This document shows, piece by piece, positions 1-7,016 of a stretch of 29,254 nucleotides of DNA. A program made the translations under genes and the position numbers. Origin of the DNA: Thermoproteota archaeon (GTDB lineage Archaea; Korarchaeota; Korarchaeia; Korarchaeales; Korarchaeaceae); the NCBI GenBank assembly GCA_037917625.1, contig JAVCBY010000061.1:1-29254 (forward strand). Direction: 5' to 3'. The notes beneath the pieces are model-generated. The model saw only the letters and a program-made list of their open reading frames with translations. It was not told where the DNA came from and made no database searches. Each line of letters begins with the position of its first letter. Position 1 is the first letter of the stretch.

Positions 1-41
1 ATAGCTTCATTGAGGAGCTGAATTCTCTCAAGGCTGATCAT
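1..41 (-). CDS. 5' fragment of the next gene in the operon (MISLERIQLLNEA...), runs off the window; product unknown
   Basis: ATG at 41-39 overlaps the TGA stop of the GNAT gene (ATGA coupling); frame is open to the window edge. Confidence 0.45.
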   Translation of the reverse strand, partial: MISLERIQLLNEA

Positions 42-901
42 TGACATTTTATCGAAGAACTACTCAATATATCCTCTAGAGAGTTCCTCCAGAGCAGATG
101 GAATACCCTCCCACTCCCCTCATCGACTACAGCTTCGAAATCTATATATCCTCTTCCCATGTAGTAGATCATCGCCTCAGCTGTGCAATTCCTCCAAATC
201 TCAACGGAATTCCTAGCTCTAGCCTCTTCGATGCTTCTAGGGATCTCAATTAGAACTAGATCCCCATCTACTTTCCTAAAACCGCATGGTTTCCCTTCAG
301 AATCGAACTCAATGACTTCCTCAGCGCCCGCTGCTAATGCGCTCTCATAACTCGGTGATTTGAGCTCTCCTCTCGCTTTTCTAAGCACTCTCTCGCTATC
401 GAGGAACCACCAAGCTTTCAACCTATCTGTTCTCAATCCCCTGTTTATTGAGTCATCCATATAACCGTAATAATTAACTTGGTACTCCCAGCTAACGACA
501 CCCAACTTCCCTAGATTGAATCTAGTGTTCAATGCTTGCAGGGGATCGAAGGTCCATTTAGCCCTTCTCAAACCTCTCCTCATGGCAGCTTCCCTCTGAG
601 CTTGCTTTACGATGAATCCCAAGCCAGATCCCTTCGCCTCCTCAATTACGGCGCTCTGGTGAGAGTAGTGATAGGGGCCCCTCTCATCCATAGCTAGGAA
701 GCCCCATGCGAACGCTAGAGCTTCGCCAGTATCGATATCGAAGGCAGCTACAACTATACCTGAGTTATCTGAGGCTGCCTTGAGCACATGGGATGGGACA
801 GCTTCAGCCCTGTCCTGCATCCTCCATGCTGATACTTGAACATCGACTAGCTTCCTAATATCATCAGGATCAACCACTTCCTTGACCTCAATCCTCCTCA
901 A
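38..901 (-). CDS. GNAT-superfamily N-acyltransferase (COG3375-like)
   Basis: Motifs YSHQSAV...KGSGLGFIVKQAQR, WTFDPLQALN, NYYG..D.IN.GL.TDRL. Probable TTG start at 901 follows SD GGAGGT; the ORF-track start at 952 lies inside the upstream gene. Confidence 0.8.
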   Translation of the reverse strand: MRRIEVKEVVDPDDIRKLVDVQVSAWRMQDRAEAVPSHVLKAASDNSGIVVAAFDIDTGEALAFAWGFLAMDERGPYHYSHQSAVIEEAKGSGLGFIVKQAQREAAMRRGLRRAKWTFDPLQALNTRFNLGKLGVVSWEYQVNYYGYMDDSINRGLRTDRLKAWWFLDSERVLRKARGELKSPSYESALAAGAEEVIEFDSEGKPCGFRKVDGDLVLIEIPRSIEEARARNSVEIWRNCTAEAMIYYMGRGYIDFEAVVDEGSGRVFHLLWRNSLEDILSSSSIKCQ

Positions 902-902
902 C

Positions 903-1580
903 TTACCTCCTATCTCCTTGAGAAAGACCCTTCCTAAGAATTTCGGGGTCATTCCTCCTCACCCTCTCGCTCACGAGGTATAGCAGGACTATCGTGATGG
1001 AGGCAAATATTAAGAGGTTCTCCACACTATCGATCCAAGATGATACCTCCTCATAAGCCTCCCCTACCATGAAACCGAGCATCCCGAGGAATGAGTACCT
1101 CAAGAAGGTCCCGGTAATCGTAGCTGCTGTGTAGGGGAGGATCCTCATTCCTATAATGCCCGCTCCGAGGGAGACGACAGATAGGGGGAACACTGGAACG
1201 GATCTCAAGATGAATATTGAGATGATCTCATTTTTACCGGATATCTTCGTGAGAATTCCATCTAATTCACTGGAATTTACCCCTAAGTACTTCCCATATC
1301 TATCGATGAGCGCCCTACCACCGTATAAACCTATGAGGTAGTGCAGCAGAGCCCCTAAAGTAGCTGCTAAGCTCCCCGTAACCCCTATCAAAAGCGTGGA
1401 AATGTAAAACGCTTCTACCATTTTCGATCCATTTGGAATTAAGGAGAAACCCGCTACCATCGGGACTAGTGGCGATGGTATTATAGTTATCAACGTCTCC
1501 AACATGACACCGAGGAATATACCTAAGGCTCCTAAGTTCCTAACCCACTCCCTCACTGCCTCAGTCATCCAATGAATCAT
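903..1580 (-). CDS. DedA/VTT-family membrane protein
   Basis: GxLGIF.GVMLE..IPSPLV..AG, YLIGLYGGR.LI.RYGKYL, R.VP......AG...M motifs; SD GGAGGG before ATG 1580. Confidence 0.85.
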   Translation of the reverse strand: MIHWMTEAVREWVRNLGALGIFLGVMLETLITIIPSPLVPMVAGFSLIPNGSKMVEAFYISTLLIGVTGSLAATLGALLHYLIGLYGGRALIDRYGKYLGVNSSELDGILTKISGKNEIISIFILRSVPVFPLSVVSLGAGIIGMRILPYTAATITGTFLRYSFLGMLGFMVGEAYEEVSSWIDSVENLLIFASITIVLLYLVSERVRRNDPEILRKGLSQGDRR

Positions 1581-2226
1581 GCCCTCCACTCTCATCACCT
1601 CTGAGGACGATACCTCCCTTAACCCTGACTAAGCCCATCTCCTCGAGGTTTCTCAGGGCCCTTAATATCCAATACCTATCGGATCCCAATTTCTTCACTA
1701 GCTCCGTAACGGTGGTCCTGTCCTTGAAGCTCTCGAGTATTCTCTTACCTAGGGCCTCCAGTATTGGGTGGGGATCCGATTGGAGCCTCTCACTTATAGC
1801 AGCGGCAGTCGCTCTATCGACGAGGAGGGTCTCCATTATATCCGATATTCTTATCCCAGTGAAACCTCGCTCCATCTTCCTCCTAACGTACTCCTGAGCT
1901 AAGGAATCCAGATCTTCCTCCTCGGGAAGCCCTAAGAGCTCATTAAGATGTATATTTATGCTGATCCTCTTGCTAGTCAACGCATATAGCTTTGCGGGCC
2001 TCCCCCTCCCCCTCCTCACCTCCACGGTCTTTATGAGGCCCGCCTCCTCTAGATCCTTCAAGTGGAGTGTTATCGCTGGGAGCGTCAAACCGAACTCATT
2101 AGCCAGATCTGTGGCTGATGCGGGGCTCTCCAATAATCTCCTGAGTATCTTCAGTTTGCTCTCACTGTTCAATGCATCGATCAGTTTCTTCGCTCTATAA
2201 ATCTTGATCCTCTCGTACAACTTCAC
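1561..2226 (-). CDS. ArsR-family transcriptional regulator with additional C-terminal winged-helix region
   Basis: ALNSESKLKILRRL..SATDLA..FGLTLPAITLHLKDLEEAGLI...GRGRPAKLY; second wHTH-like segment TVTELVKKLG..RYWILRALRNLEEMGLV. Confidence 0.8.
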   Translation of the reverse strand: MKLYERIKIYRAKKLIDALNSESKLKILRRLLESPASATDLANEFGLTLPAITLHLKDLEEAGLIKTVEVRRGRGRPAKLYALTSKRISINIHLNELLGLPEEEDLDSLAQEYVRRKMERGFTGIRISDIMETLLVDRATAAAISERLQSDPHPILEALGKRILESFKDRTTVTELVKKLGSDRYWILRALRNLEEMGLVRVKGGIVLRGDESGGHDSLDD

Positions 2227-2227
2227 A

Positions 2228-2854
2228 TCAACCCTTCATCCTGATTATATTGAGCTCCGCGACTTTAGCTCTGATCTCAACTTGGAGCTGCGGATTCCCC
2301 TCCCAGAGAGTCATCTCAACGCTCTTCCCTCTAAAGCTCTCTCCATCATATCTCAAGTATGATCTATCACAATCTAGCTTCACAATCACCCCAGAGCCCT
2401 CTTTGACCCTCAACATTAAGCTCACTGCCCCAGTCCCTATATCCATTAGCACTCCCTTGAGGACTACCATTTCCCCCTGAACGAAGCCTAGGCGCATCTT
2501 AACATTCAGCTCCTCCACTTGAATGTCATTTAGGATGACGATCCCCGATCCCATGGTCACTCTGATGAGGCCCTTCCAACCCTCGGGGATGAAGAGGGAG
2601 ACGCTACCGATAGATCCCTCAACTCTCCCCTCCTCAGATGATATAGATCCCCTTATAAGTGCATATGGTTCAGATTCGTTCGTTTCACTCAACTCCAAGA
2701 TCCCGAAATCCATGTAAATCTCTATGTCCCTCTTCCCGAACCTGACGATCTCCCCAGAGGATCCATAGCTCAAGTAACTGAGGGGGATCAGGGAGACGGA
2801 GAATGAGAATATCATGAGAGCGAGCAGAAATACGCCTAGCATCTCTCCCCTCAT
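2228..2854 (-). CDS. Membrane-anchored beta-rich protein (DUF4097/adhesin-like)
   Basis: One N-terminal hydrophobic helix followed by repeated beta-strand/Gly units (IYMDFGILEL, VTMGSGIVIL, MDIGTGAVSL); ATGA overlap with the upstream gene. Confidence 0.5.
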   Translation of the reverse strand: MRGEMLGVFLLALMIFSFSVSLIPLSYLSYGSSGEIVRFGKRDIEIYMDFGILELSETNESEPYALIRGSISSEEGRVEGSIGSVSLFIPEGWKGLIRVTMGSGIVILNDIQVEELNVKMRLGFVQGEMVVLKGVLMDIGTGAVSLMLRVKEGSGVIVKLDCDRSYLRYDGESFRGKSVEMTLWEGNPQLQVEIRAKVAELNIIRMKG

Positions 2855-3504
2855 CTCATCTCCCTCCAGTAGTAGAGGATCATCATTGAGACCGCTGGTA
2901 TAATTAATCCAGGTAAGCCGGTGATTGAGTAGAGAAGAATAGATACTATCATGAATGAGAGCGGTCCCAGGAACGATATCAATATGGATCTACTTATGCT
3001 AGAATCGTATATCAGCGAGACCTCCTCGATCAATATGTAGAGGGACCATATGGACGTGAGGGGCAATAAGGCTAGAGAGATCAGCAGGAACTCGTAGCTA
3101 CTTAATATATATGCTAAACTCATTGAGAAGGCTGTGAAGGAGTGTGGGACAGCTGAGAATGCTACAGCGCTTAGAGTCTCATCCCATCTACCGCTCAGAT
3201 GACCCATTATCCTAGCGATTACATGTATCAATGTGACATATAAGATGAGCCAGGAGACTGAGATAGTGACACCTATCGCCCCAGAGAACTCCAGGATCAC
3301 CTCGAGGAGAAATATCATCTTAGGTATCCATAGAGCAGTAGCGATAGATTTCGCTAGTAGGGAGGATAAGGAGAAGCTTAAGATTAAGTATATTAATATT
3401 GGGAGAGATAGGGAATACTTTCCAGCTAAATGGACGTAGAATGCCTCCCTAGGGGAGATCAGCAGTTTACCAACTCTGTATAGAGTATCCTCTAGGTCGC
3501 TCAA
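2851..3504 (-). CDS. Yip1-domain membrane protein
   Basis: LLISPREAF N-terminal motif, IHVIARIMG...G....TL..VAFS.VP, several TM helices; TTG start after GGTGG. Confidence 0.75.
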   Translation of the reverse strand: MSDLEDTLYRVGKLLISPREAFYVHLAGKYSLSLPILIYLILSFSLSSLLAKSIATALWIPKMIFLLEVILEFSGAIGVTISVSWLILYVTLIHVIARIMGHLSGRWDETLSAVAFSAVPHSFTAFSMSLAYILSSYEFLLISLALLPLTSIWSLYILIEEVSLIYDSSISRSILISFLGPLSFMIVSILLYSITGLPGLIIPAVSMMILYYWREMR

Positions 3505-3586
3505 CTCCGGCCACCTTAGTTAAATAAGTAAAGAACTCTTCTTAATAAATATGCGCTCGTACGATCTCCTCACTTAATAAATGTAC

Positions 3587-3601
3587 GTACGAATTTCGTA
3601 C
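3587..3601. promoter_or_regulatory. 15-bp palindromic operator GTACGAA-T-TTCGTAC
   Basis: Perfect 7-1-7 inverted repeat about 10 bp upstream of a TATA box (TTTTTAAA, 3612-3619). Confidence 0.6.
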
Positions 3602-3603
3602 TA

Positions 3604-3620
3604 CCGTTAACTTTTTAAAT
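3604..3620 (+). promoter_or_regulatory. Probable TATA promoter of the wHTH-lysC-asd operon
   Basis: TTTTTAAAT at 3612-3620, about 30 bp before SD GGAGGG (3649-3654). Confidence 0.5.
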
Positions 3621-3657
3621 TGGAGATGTCAAAGGAGCGCACTTCAGCGGAGGGATA

Positions 3658-3747
3658 GGTGATGGCCCGCCAATTTCAGGTGAAGCCCCGCCAATGGGGA
3701 GTGGTGATGCCCCGCCAATGGGGAGTGGTGATGCCCCGCCAATATCG
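3658..3747 (+). repeat. Tandem repeat, about 4 units of 21-24 bp (GGTGATGCCCCGCCAATGGGGAGT)
   Basis: Units start at 3658, 3679, 3703 and 3727; core GGTGAWGSCCCGCCAAT is present in all four. Confidence 0.95.
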
Positions 3748-4047
3748 AAGATAGACCCCTCCCTCAGGGAGTCCCTGATCTTATTCGGTCTATTCAAGTT
3801 GAGCCCTAGACAGAAGACAGTACTGACTTTGACTTTGAAATATGAGAATAAGATCTCAGCGAGTTCTATGGCTAAGATAGCGAATGAAGAGTTCAATATA
3901 CCGCTTTCATCATTCTGGTTCGCTCTGAGAGACTTAAGGAGGCTGAAACTCATAGAGTTCGGCGATGGGACCCCGATAAAGCTCACAGAAGCTGGTAAGA
4001 TGATAGCCCAAGCTTTGAGTGGGGTGAGATGGTGGGGAAGAGAGTAG
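3694..4047 (+). CDS. Small winged-helix DNA-binding protein, putative regulator; start uncertain (3694 or 3718)
   Basis: LSPRQKTVL...SASSMAK...FNIPLSSFWFALRDLRRLKLIEF...PIKLTEAGK wHTH pattern; overlaps the lysC start. Confidence 0.7.
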   Translation: MGSGDAPPMGSGDAPPISKIDPSLRESLILFGLFKLSPRQKTVLTLTLKYENKISASSMAKIANEEFNIPLSSFWFALRDLRRLKLIEFGDGTPIKLTEAGKMIAQALSGVRWWGRE

Positions 4048-5192
4048 TGGTCAAGCTAGGGGGATCGATACTATCCTCTCCCGAGGATTTCATTAGAGCG
4101 GCCGAGGTTACGAAGCGGGATTTCGAAGCTGGAAATGAGATATTGCTCGTGGTCTCAGCTATGAAGGGCCAGACTGATCAGTTAATAGAGATGGCGAGGA
4201 AAGTTGGGGCTTCAGGAGAGCTGTTGGATGCCATAGCGGGGCTCGGAGAGGTGCTCTCAGCAAGGCTCATGGCTTCCGCCTTGAACTCGATTGGAGTCCC
4301 ATCAGTAGCGATAGACCCCTGCTCCCCGATATGTCCCATCTACACAGATGGCAGCTTCGGGGATGCGGATCCCGATATTCCAACTACATGTGGTGCAGCT
4401 ATCTCAAACATCGAGCACATGCTAGGCAAATGCGTGCCAGTAGTTTGCGGTTACGTCGGTAAGACGAGAGAAGGGAAGCTGACGACTCTAGGGAGAGGGG
4501 GAAGCGATACGACTGCTGTGATACTGGCTAGATGCCTGAGAGCCGATGAGGTAGTCCTAGTGAAGGACTCAGGGGGAATAATGAGCGCTGACCCTAAGAT
4601 AGCAGAAAATGCCCGCAAGTTGGGTAGCTTAAGCGCTGAAGAGGCTTTAACGCTTTCGATGGGAGGAGCGAAGGTCCTGCATCACAAAGCAGTGAGGTAT
4701 CTCTCCCCAACGGTTAGGATGAGAGTTCTCTCGATAGATGAGGGGAGCTTCGTCAGGGGAGGGACTATAATAAGCGGTCATATACCTGAGCTTAAGGTAG
4801 AAGTTCATGAGAAACCAGTGAGCATGGTGACTCTGATCGTAGATGGGGATCTGAATAACCTAGAGCTCAAGCCTCTATCGGAGAGCAAGCTGGACAAAGC
4901 TGTCATACTTTACTTGGATGAGCCTCCGGAGGAGGTCATCAAGAAGATACATCCGCTCGTCGAGAGAGGAATAGTGAAAGCTATTTCAGTAAAGAAAGAG
5001 CTCGCTATGATAAAAGTATGGGGAGGGGCGATAGAAGACGTCCCTGGCGTCATAAACAAGATATCCGACCCTCTGGCATCAATGGGGATAAATATACATG
5101 GTCTACAGACGGTCCATAATAAGATAGCGATTTTCGTCGATTGGAAGAGCAAGGAAATCGCTGCTTCTGAACTAAAGGCAGTCTTGGGGTGA
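4029..5192 (+). CDS. lysC: Aspartate kinase with C-terminal ACT domain
   Basis: VVKLGGS, VVSAM, GEVLSARL, TTLGRGGSDTTA, SADPK, GAKVLH motifs. Confidence 0.93.
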   Translation: MVGKRVVVKLGGSILSSPEDFIRAAEVTKRDFEAGNEILLVVSAMKGQTDQLIEMARKVGASGELLDAIAGLGEVLSARLMASALNSIGVPSVAIDPCSPICPIYTDGSFGDADPDIPTTCGAAISNIEHMLGKCVPVVCGYVGKTREGKLTTLGRGGSDTTAVILARCLRADEVVLVKDSGGIMSADPKIAENARKLGSLSAEEALTLSMGGAKVLHHKAVRYLSPTVRMRVLSIDEGSFVRGGTIISGHIPELKVEVHEKPVSMVTLIVDGDLNNLELKPLSESKLDKAVILYLDEPPEEVIKKIHPLVERGIVKAISVKKELAMIKVWGGAIEDVPGVINKISDPLASMGINIHGLQTVHNKIAIFVDWKSKEIAASELKAVLG

Positions 5193-6232
5193 TTGTATTG
5201 AAAGTAGCTATCCTAGGAGGGACAGGTGCCGTCGGCCAGAGGTTCGTCCAACTTCTAGCTGGTCATCCTTGGTTCGAGATCGAGGTGATAACGGGGAAGA
5301 CTAGCGTTGGGAAGAGGTACGGAGATGCTGTCAACTGGATCTTAGATGGTGATGTGCCGGATCGGGTCAAAGATCTAGTCATCGTGGAGACGGAATTGAG
5401 GAACTTGAAGGGAGTGGATCTGGTATTCTCATCTCTCCCCTCGGGAGAAGCTTCTATAGAGAGGGAGATAATGAACTCAGGGATGCCGCTGGTCAGTAAT
5501 TCCAGCTTCCTAAGGATGGATCCGATCGTGCCCTTGGTTGTGCCAGAGGTGAATAAGGACCATCTAGCGCTCTTAGATCTCCAGAGAGATGCTGGGATTG
5601 GGCCCACAGCTACTAGTCCTAATTGCACGACCACGATGATAGTGATTCCCCTCAAACCATTGGACGATTCTTTCTCGCTCAAGAGGTTGGATGTAGCTAG
5701 CTACCAAGCAATATCCGGCGCTGGCTATCCTGGGGTGCCATCATATGATATCGTCGATAATCTGATCCCCTTCATATCAGAGGAAGAGGAGAAAGTCGAG
5801 AGGGAATCCAAGAAGATGCTCGGGAGATTAGTAGATGGTAAAATTGAAAACGCGGATTTCGATGTTCAGGCAACTTGTGTCAGAGTTCCCGTACTGGATG
5901 GGCATACGGTAGCTATACATGTGGAGTTCGAGGAGGAAGTGGATGCGGAGGACGCTAAGAAAGTGCTTGAGAGATTCGATCCCGGCCCAGATGTCAGGAA
6001 TCTACCATCTTCCCCGGATAAGGCGATAATAGTGAGGGAGGAGAGGGACAGGCCGCAGCCTAGATACGATAGACTAGCCGGCAGAGGTATGAGCGTCTCC
6101 GTAGGTAGGATCAGGAGAGGGGCCAATAAAAGGTCACTCCTCTTCATTTCACATGGTCACAATACGATAAGGGGTGCAGCTGGAGGTGCAGTGCTCTTAG
6201 CGGAGCTCATGCATTCCAAGAAATTCATATAA
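5189..6232 (+). CDS. asd: Aspartate-semialdehyde dehydrogenase (archaeal type)
   Basis: GGTGAVGQRF, PNCTT catalytic Cys, QAISGAG, RVPVLDGH, HNTIRGAAG. Confidence 0.96.
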   Translation: MIVLKVAILGGTGAVGQRFVQLLAGHPWFEIEVITGKTSVGKRYGDAVNWILDGDVPDRVKDLVIVETELRNLKGVDLVFSSLPSGEASIEREIMNSGMPLVSNSSFLRMDPIVPLVVPEVNKDHLALLDLQRDAGIGPTATSPNCTTTMIVIPLKPLDDSFSLKRLDVASYQAISGAGYPGVPSYDIVDNLIPFISEEEEKVERESKKMLGRLVDGKIENADFDVQATCVRVPVLDGHTVAIHVEFEEEVDAEDAKKVLERFDPGPDVRNLPSSPDKAIIVREERDRPQPRYDRLAGRGMSVSVGRIRRGANKRSLLFISHGHNTIRGAAGGAVLLAELMHSKKFI

Positions 6233-6264
6233 CAAAACTTTATTTTTCTCATGTTTTAAGGGGT

Positions 6265-6798
6265 ATGCTCCTATCAGATAAGGCTATAAGGTCTCTCATA
6301 AGGGAAGGTAAGCTCATAATAGATCCGTTATATGAGGATTCGATCAGGGAGAACGGTGTGGATATGAGGATAGGGCCTGAAATAGCCTTTCCTATCGTGA
6401 GAGGGGAGGTCATGGATCCGACCAAGGATGATCCATCTCTCCACTTCACTGTGAGGAAGTTCTCGGATGAGGGGATAATAATACCGGGAAATACATCTAT
6501 CCTCTTGGTGACGGAGGAGTACATAAAGATGCCCGAAGATGTCGCAGCCCTCTGTGGGTTGAGGAGTTCAATAGCTAGGTGGGGCTTCATAGCAGCTCCT
6601 ACTCTCGTAGATGCGGGTTTCGAGGGTCAGTTAACGATAGAGGTGATGTGGACTAGACCCGCTCCAGTGAGGCTCTATAGGGGCATAAGATTCCTTCATG
6701 TTGTTTTCTTCAGGACCGAGGGGAAGGTTGAGAGGCCTTACTCTGGCGCGTATCAAGGGCAGAGGGGAGTCACGCTTCCGAAGAGATTGGAAAAGTAG
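6265..6798 (+). CDS. dcd: dCTP deaminase
   Basis: MLLSDKAI, RSSIARWG, VDAGFEGQLTIE, YSGAYQGQ.GVT. Confidence 0.92.
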   Translation: MLLSDKAIRSLIREGKLIIDPLYEDSIRENGVDMRIGPEIAFPIVRGEVMDPTKDDPSLHFTVRKFSDEGIIIPGNTSILLVTEEYIKMPEDVAALCGLRSSIARWGFIAAPTLVDAGFEGQLTIEVMWTRPAPVRLYRGIRFLHVVFFRTEGKVERPYSGAYQGQRGVTLPKRLEK

Positions 6799-7016
6799 TT
6801 TCATATTAGATGGGGCCTATCTCCTCTCAAGATCATCCTTTAACATCCTAATATAAGGGGGTGCGCTTTGGGTTTCAGATTTCCGGAATTATTCATATTT
6901 TCCTTTTTTAATTATCCGACTTCTTGCTTAAAATTTAACTTACAGATGATTATTCGGAGTTGAAAATAGACCTAACAATTCATAAAGCAAGTACGCCTAT
7001 AACTGAGTGGAGCGGA

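Noticed and set aside
3658-3747. Mini-CRISPR array
   Set aside because: Units are directly tandem with only 4-7 variable nt between cores, two of them identical; no spacers of normal length and no cas genes.
6799-7016. Cobalamin riboswitch upstream of nrdJ
   Set aside because: The region is AT-rich with no B12-box-like motif or extensive stems.
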